The notes below the pieces were generated by a model. The model had not been told where the DNA came from and ran no database searches. It saw nothing but the letters and a program-made list of their open reading frames with translations. The position numbers and the translations under genes are program-made. 64,000 nucleotides of DNA from positions 970 to 64,969 of the forward strand of contig JAFVDW010000009.1 of NCBI GenBank assembly GCA_017478245.1. The letters run 5' to 3'. This document shows, piece after piece, positions 58,305-64,000 of the stretch (the first letter of the stretch is position 1; each line of letters opens with the position of its first letter). This stretch comes from Lachnospiraceae bacterium. Its GTDB lineage: Bacteria; Bacillota; Clostridia; Lachnospirales; Lachnospiraceae.

Positions 58305-60461
58305 CTATCTGCTTTCAACCACCATAGGCAGATATCTTTTATTCTCTTCCACTATAAATGATTGAATCCATTCCCCATCCATAAGATTTTCCGTCGCCTC
58401 CGCCATAACAGATTCCTCCGCATAGGCATCAAATTCCTGCTGCTTACTCTCCAACAAACGAACCATAGCCTCATCAACGGTATTCTCGCAGAGCAAATGG
58501 TACACCAACACATTTCTCACCTGACCCATGCGATATACTCTGGATAGAGCCTGGTTAGTCAACGACGGTTTGATCTGTGGTTCACAGAAAATAACGACAC
58601 TGGCGGTCTGCATATTCAGTCCCGTTCCTCCCGCCTGCACCTGACATACCAACACACTGCCATCCGGCGCGTCCGTAAAACGGTCTATCAATGCCTGACG
58701 CTTTGCAACCTCTGTATTACCGGTAATGACTCCAATACAGCTATTCTTCATCAGCTCACTGACCTTCATCACGGTTTCCCGGAAAAAGGAATAAATCAAA
58801 ATCTTCCTGCCTTCCGCCCCTGCCTCTTGGCATAGCTCCCTCAAACGAATTGCTTTTGAGGACGTGGATAAATCATCCTGCAAAAAAGACACTCTCCGCA
58901 TACCGGCAAAACTATGCTGTGACAGACAATCAATATAGGAAACACAGTCTGCATCGGTCATACCGCACCACTCCTGTTTTTCTTCCATCGCCGGTAGCTC
59001 CTCCAAAACCTGCTCCCTCAGCCTTCTCAAATAGATCGGTGCCAACATCCTCCGGAATTCCGGTACATGACTCATGTAGGCAGATTTTCGCACCTCCGGA
59101 GATAAATCCGGCCGGACAAAATCAATCAAAGAACACATCTCATCCACACGATTCTCCAAGGGAGTCCCCGTCATCATCAGAATCCGCTCCGATTCATTAT
59201 CCAGCATACGAATATATTTGGTCCGCTTTGCGTCCGGATTCTTTATATAATGTGCCTCATCAATCACCAACAGAGCAAGCTGCATATGATTGTCTATTCG
59301 CTCCACAATCTTGCCCATGGTTTCATAATTGGTTACAGCAGCCCCACCCTCTTCCTGCCATTTTGTAAAAGCATCCTCCAGATAAGGACCGTGCACAAGA
59401 TGAGTAGCAATCGCGCTGAACTTTTTGATTTCTCTACACCAATTTATCAACACACTGGCAGGACAGATAACCAGAAAATGAGATTTTACATCTTTTGCCC
59501 CTAAATCTGCCATGACCGCTATTGCCTGAATCGTTTTACCAAGCCCCATCTCATCGCCCAAAAGCACCCTCTTTTGAAAAAGAATGTATTTCGCTCCAAA
59601 TGCCTGATAAGAACGTAGATTTCCTTTGAATAATTGCTGATTTAATTCCAAGCTATCGATTTCCGCTGCCAACTGTGCCGGAATACTGCTATAAATAACC
59701 GGCTTGGAAAGCCTGGTGCCGCCAAGCTTTTCCAGCAACGCATAATATTCTGCACTGTTTCGCTTAAAATCCTCTTTTGCAGCGAATATATCTATGTTTT
59801 CCACATCGCGATATAAGGCAATCAGATGGTTCACACGCGTATAGCCGGGACTTTTAAAAAAGGCGAGCATCTCAGCCAAAGCCTGAACTGTCGCCTCTTT
59901 AGCTGTTTTACTTGCAAAAAGCCACCGTACTCTGTTGCGAATAAGCACCTGGGGTAAAATCTCTTCCACAAAGCTATGTAATTGGTTCTGAAGCTCACCG
60001 GCATCCTCCCTCACAAGCTGCCCCTGTCGATATTTGGCAATGGCAACAATCAACTCATGATTTTGTAAGGAGTCCTCTTCTGCGGACAAACGAATTGTCT
60101 TGTATTTTACAAGCTGACGGATAAATTCCTGGAGGATATTCCGAATAGCTTCCATCTGTTTTTCTCCGATTCCATCTATAGAGCCAAGCTCCCAATCCTG
60201 CGCCTTTGCAAGCTCTCCCAAATTGTTATATCCTGCATCCTGCAAAGCAGATACACGAATGCCTGCCTTGGCGTTCGCAAGCTCTGATATAGGAATTTCC
60301 GCAAGAGATGCCTGCGCAGACTCTGCCAAAAGCTTGTCACAGATATCCCGCACCACTTCCCCTTGACGCTCCTCATCCTGCAATATCCTCAAAAAAGTGT
60401 TATCCAACTCTATCAGGATTGTTATTAACTTATTTAATTCTTTGAAATTTAATTTCTCCAT
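58305..60461 (-). CDS. SNF2/SWI2-family helicase with N-terminal HhH-like segment
   Basis: LGDEMGLGKT, ICPASV, IDEAH, MTGTPLEN, GGTGLNM, QALSRVYRMGQ; N-terminal SIDGIGEK. Confidence 0.9.
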   Translation of the reverse strand: MEKLNFKELNKLITILIELDNTFLRILQDEERQGEVVRDICDKLLAESAQASLAEIPISELANAKAGIRVSALQDAGYNNLGELAKAQDWELGSIDGIGEKQMEAIRNILQEFIRQLVKYKTIRLSAEEDSLQNHELIVAIAKYRQGQLVREDAGELQNQLHSFVEEILPQVLIRNRVRWLFASKTAKEATVQALAEMLAFFKSPGYTRVNHLIALYRDVENIDIFAAKEDFKRNSAEYYALLEKLGGTRLSKPVIYSSIPAQLAAEIDSLELNQQLFKGNLRSYQAFGAKYILFQKRVLLGDEMGLGKTIQAIAVMADLGAKDVKSHFLVICPASVLINWCREIKKFSAIATHLVHGPYLEDAFTKWQEEGGAAVTNYETMGKIVERIDNHMQLALLVIDEAHYIKNPDAKRTKYIRMLDNESERILMMTGTPLENRVDEMCSLIDFVRPDLSPEVRKSAYMSHVPEFRRMLAPIYLRRLREQVLEELPAMEEKQEWCGMTDADCVSYIDCLSQHSFAGMRRVSFLQDDLSTSSKAIRLRELCQEAGAEGRKILIYSFFRETVMKVSELMKNSCIGVITGNTEVAKRQALIDRFTDAPDGSVLVCQVQAGGTGLNMQTASVVIFCEPQIKPSLTNQALSRVYRMGQVRNVLVYHLLCENTVDEAMVRLLESKQQEFDAYAEESVMAEATENLMDGEWIQSFIVEENKRYLPMVVESR

Positions 60462-60476
60462 TTCAAATACAATCCT

Positions 60477-60908
60477 TTATTGTTTTGTTTTTCTAATTTC
60501 CTGTATCATATCAGCCATTTGCAGAAAGCTGTCCGATTTTAATAATGCAAGCCCCTGCGTCTCATCCCCCAATACAACTAACTCATCCTGTGGCTTTATG
60601 GAGAATAATTTTCTCGCCTTTGCCGGAATGACAATCTGTCCTTTATCACCCACTGTGACCACGCCAAAGATGTGCTTGCCCTTGGGCGGAACACCTAACT
60701 CAAAATTGGAACTGGGTTCATAGTTCGCCAAATCATCCAGAGAAACTTCAAAAATCTCTGCCAACATTCTGCATCTTTCCAAATCGGGTACGGTCTCACC
60801 TGCTTCCCACTTTGCGATTGCCTGTCTTGTCACACCCACCTTTTCCGCCAATTCCTCCTGAGTGAGTTGTTTGTATTTTCTCAGTTGATTCAAATTATCC
60901 TTAAACAT
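60477..60908 (-). CDS. XRE HTH plus AbrB/SpoVT-domain regulator
   Basis: [21 protein letters not shown]; [14 protein letters not shown]. Confidence 0.85.
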   Translation of the reverse strand: MFKDNLNQLRKYKQLTQEELAEKVGVTRQAIAKWEAGETVPDLERCRMLAEIFEVSLDDLANYEPSSNFELGVPPKGKHIFGVVTVGDKGQIVIPAKARKLFSIKPQDELVVLGDETQGLALLKSDSFLQMADMIQEIRKTKQ

Positions 60909-60917
60909 GGTTTTCCT

Positions 60918-61982
60918 CTATTTCTTCATACCAAGCACACACCATCGTAAAATAGGGATTCTTGATATAATCTCATACAGCAGCCATCCTCCCAAAAATG
61001 CCGCAAGTCCTGTCAAAAAATAGCTCGGAATTGCTGAAAGCGACGTATATGTGTGCAGTACATACGCTGCTGCCGACAATGGAAGATAATGGAATACATA
61101 CAGCCCAAAGCTTCTCTGAGACATGAAGCTTGCAAGCTTTGATGTGACATTCGCCCATCTTTTCATGGAGCTAAGGATTGTAAGACACGCAATCCATGCG
61201 TATGCTACCGCCGGAATACAGTTCACCGTAGGCATCACTGCGTAATTGTCACCAAAGTGCAGTGCCACATACACTATCCCAAGAATGACTGCTACTCCCA
61301 TCAGCAAATAAGCATATGAACCCATTCTTTCCACTACCTCATCATGGGCAAACACAAAATATCCCAGGAAAAATGTAACGCCATAGATGCCAAATCGATA
61401 GACCGCTATCACCGGTGTATTCAAAATAAGTCCCGACAGATAGACCGGAATCATCAACAGAAGCATCCCTATCATATTGCTCTTTGCAGTGCATTCATAC
61501 AGCTTTCCCTTTTCAAACCTGCGAATCACCGCGAGTATCATAGAAAAAAACCATAGTAGCTGAATGAACCACAATACACCTGTACCGGATACTGCCATAA
61601 TCAGATACATTAAAAATGGCGGCATCGTATCCGGCATATGTCTGAAGGCATCGGATATCGCCATATTAAAATACCCCTGTATCCACCCGAATACCAACAG
61701 TCCGATGGTAGATGGCACCAGAAGCTTTCTGGTTCTGGTGCGTACAAATTCTATTACCGTATGCGTCTCAAGATAGTAGCGGGAACACATACCGGCTACA
61801 ATAAAGAGCAGTATCATGAACCATGGATATAGGATATACTGCATGACATCCTGATACTGCCGCTCATAAAAGGGACCAATCACACCATCTGTGATAATGC
61901 AATTGAACATATATATCACATGATATACCACCACCAGAATCACTGTCATCCATCTGATATTGTCTAAGTAGTATTTTCTCAT
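60918..61982 (-). CDS. Acyltransferase-3 family membrane O-acyltransferase
   Basis: YLDNIR, RTRKLLVP, LWFI, SFGLYVFH. Confidence 0.85.
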   Translation of the reverse strand: MRKYYLDNIRWMTVILVVVYHVIYMFNCIITDGVIGPFYERQYQDVMQYILYPWFMILLFIVAGMCSRYYLETHTVIEFVRTRTRKLLVPSTIGLLVFGWIQGYFNMAISDAFRHMPDTMPPFLMYLIMAVSGTGVLWFIQLLWFFSMILAVIRRFEKGKLYECTAKSNMIGMLLLMIPVYLSGLILNTPVIAVYRFGIYGVTFFLGYFVFAHDEVVERMGSYAYLLMGVAVILGIVYVALHFGDNYAVMPTVNCIPAVAYAWIACLTILSSMKRWANVTSKLASFMSQRSFGLYVFHYLPLSAAAYVLHTYTSLSAIPSYFLTGLAAFLGGWLLYEIISRIPILRWCVLGMKK

Positions 61983-62138
61983 AATTAACCCACCTTTGCA
62001 ACTTTTTTTAACATCAGTTTATAATCTGCTCCACGCTTTGTCTATCAAGCAAAAATAACATTTTATGAAAATTTTGTTTGTTTTTGTTGCAAAAGAAATA
62101 CCTCCACCAATTTCCACGAAAATGATGGAGGCAAAAAT

Positions 62139-62768
62139 TTATTGTTTTTCTACAGAGCTTTTAGACAAGATTTTCTTGCACCAACTCTTTTTCCCACAAT
62201 GGGGGCATTTTAGATATCTTGTAGTCAGCATGTGCGCTCCCGCCATATATTCTAAAAAACCGGGAACAAATGTCTCATCACAATGCTTACACTGATAATA
62301 GCCTACCGTTCGTTCTCCCTGCATGGCAAAATATATACCTGTGGCAAAAATAATGCAAGCGATTGAAATTAACACAATTTTGATTGGCAGCGCTATGACC
62401 TCCGTATAGACACAGACAACTAAAAGCAGTGTTACAAATGATATCGTGGATATTCCACCCACCGCCACCACCAGAACCATTTTTTGCTTGTTTTCTTCTC
62501 TTTCTCTCATCAGATTCATCATATTCTCCTCCGCTTTCTTTTTATAGTCGGCGTCGGCCACTTTTTCTCCGGTAAGCAGCTCATTCACACTGATACCCAA
62601 AGCCTCGCACAACGGAAGCATCAATGATACTTCCGGCAATCCATTTCCGGTTTCCCACTTGCTGATTGTCTTGTCACTGATTTTAAGAAGATCTGCAAGC
62701 TGACGCTGCGTATAAGATTTTTCTTTTCGCATCTTTGCTATGAACTTTCCAATGGAAATCTGATCCAT
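62139..62768 (-). CDS. XRE regulator with two TM helices and a C-terminal Zn ribbon
   Basis: YTQRQLAD..ISDKTISKWETG; CKHC...CPHC. Confidence 0.82.
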   Translation of the reverse strand: MDQISIGKFIAKMRKEKSYTQRQLADLLKISDKTISKWETGNGLPEVSLMLPLCEALGISVNELLTGEKVADADYKKKAEENMMNLMREREENKQKMVLVVAVGGISTISFVTLLLVVCVYTEVIALPIKIVLISIACIIFATGIYFAMQGERTVGYYQCKHCDETFVPGFLEYMAGAHMLTTRYLKCPHCGKKSWCKKILSKSSVEKQ

Positions 62769-62864
62769 GACCAACACCTCTTTTCTATGGATTCAGTATA
62801 TGATAAATGAATCTGAAATCACACCCACGGAACGTGGAATGCACGAAAACAAGGGAATTCCACG

Positions 62865-63428
62865 CTACGTTAATATGTGAGGAGCCTCTTCTCCCACCAG
62901 ATGCACTGTTCTTGGCTCATGTCCTACTGCCGGAAGAAATTTCCCAAACACATCTTCTGTCCTGATCTTGAGACTGGAGGTACATACGCAAGGGTGACAA
63001 CCAAGGTATTCACCTTGTAACACATCCTCATCTACCAGAAGCTGAACCATATGATTCTTGTCATTCATCAGCCCCATGATGCTTACTGCTCCGGGCTCTA
63101 TGTCCAGGTAGCTTAACATATCTTCCGAACTGGCAAAAGAAAGTCTTGCCGAATGAATCTGACTGGACAGCTCTTTTGTCTTAAACTTCTTATCTCCCGG
63201 CATCATCAGCAGGTAGTAATTGGTTTTTTGTCTGTTACACAGAAAAAGATTCTTACAAATCAGAACATCCAATACCGCATCAATCTCGTTACAGGCTTCC
63301 ATAGTGTTTGCAGGTTCGTGGTCTGTTCTCTTGTATGCTATCCCTAACTGATCCAGAAAATCATAAGTCCTTATCTCACGAGGAAGGCGTCCCTCTGTGT
63401 TTTCCGGTCTACCATCATACAATTCCAT
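62865..63428 (-). CDS. YbaK/ProX-type aminoacyl-tRNA editing protein
   Basis: CKNLFLCN, ARLSFAS, PGAVSIMGL, CHPCVCTSSL; ATG 63428 behind GGAGG. Confidence 0.85.
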   Translation of the reverse strand: MELYDGRPENTEGRLPREIRTYDFLDQLGIAYKRTDHEPANTMEACNEIDAVLDVLICKNLFLCNRQKTNYYLLMMPGDKKFKTKELSSQIHSARLSFASSEDMLSYLDIEPGAVSIMGLMNDKNHMVQLLVDEDVLQGEYLGCHPCVCTSSLKIRTEDVFGKFLPAVGHEPRTVHLVGEEAPHILT

Positions 63429-63451
63429 AATATCCTCCATCATTTTATCTA

Positions 63452-64000
63452 TTATTTCCGCTGTGCCAACAGCCATGCCATGATGTGAACTGCCTGTTGG
63501 AAGGTTCCTTCAGCAATCATCTCATTAATCTCCGCACCGGAATATTTCCTGACATGAAAAAACTCTGTCTCATCCAGATGCTGCTCCGAAGAATGGCGGC
63601 AATTTTTTGCCACAAAAATATGGGCATAATTATCAGCGATGGTAGCGTTCGAGGGTACCGACAAAAGGTGCTCCCATTCGTCAGACTCATAGCCTGTCTC
63701 CTCCAGTAGCTCTCTCTTGGCAGCCTCCAGTGCATCCTCCGCTGCACCTTCATCCTTTCGGTCACCATACTGCCTGCCATCCCCTCGCTCAATACCCCCT
63801 GCGGGAAACTCTGTGGTTACTTCTTTTATCCCATAACGATACTGTCTGACACAAAGAAAATTGCCCTCTATGTCCGATGCCACAATCACTACATAGTCCC
63901 TGCGGCTGTAAGTATAATATGGTCCGAACTGACTGCCGTTGGGAAAACGAAAGATAGACCGTCTGAAATCAATCCACTCATCCTGCACAATATGCTCCAT
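63452..64000 (-). CDS. NUDIX hydrolase (ADP-ribose pyrophosphatase-like); N-terminus probably beyond window
   Basis: RQYRY, EFPAG, AAKRELLEETGY Nudix box. Confidence 0.85.
   Translation of the reverse strand: MEHIVQDEWIDFRRSIFRFPNGSQFGPYYTYSRRDYVVIVASDIEGNFLCVRQYRYGIKEVTTEFPAGGIERGDGRQYGDRKDEGAAEDALEAAKRELLEETGYESDEWEHLLSVPSNATIADNYAHIFVAKNCRHSSEQHLDETEFFHVRKYSGAEINEMIAEGTFQQAVHIMAWLLAQRK

Overview
This 64-kb window is from a Lachnospiraceae-like (Clostridia) anaerobe. The assignment is inferred from gene content: SLH-anchored enzymes, VanW/LCP proteins, and sigma-28- and sigma-G-type promoters. It is mostly chromosomal housekeeping and accessory genes on the minus strand. No rRNA, tRNA or CRISPR array was seen. 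(1) A ~14-kb beta-1,3-glucan locus (23.8-38.2 kb) holds a GH17-like enzyme, a GH55-like double beta-helix fused to a beta-propeller, an HD-GYP c-di-GMP phosphodiesterase, and two tandem GH16 glucanases of the Bacillus circulans GlcA type. One GH16 appears to be released and the other SLH-anchored, and both carry an unassigned ~95-aa module. (2) A ~7.6-kb Tn4451-like mobilisable element (tnpX/tnpW/mobV/tnpV plus cargo) sits between a two-component system and the VTC-DUF4956-Cthe_2159 operon. Its recombinase looks internally deleted, and it carries a promoter-bounded ~250-nt structured non-coding transcript. (3) A sulfur-amino-acid uptake operon has one fused two-domain binding protein (Cys-type plus MetQ), two ABC translocators and two Rrf2/CymR-like operators. 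(4) Two small genes are missing from the ORF track as separate genes, one behind a consensus sigma-G promoter, and a DUF6033-like gene lies behind a perfect sigma-28 promoter. Three genes carry single-base lesions (two in-frame stops, one frameshift) that may be real or assembly errors. All family assignments come from motifs recognised by eye and from memory; no database search was run.
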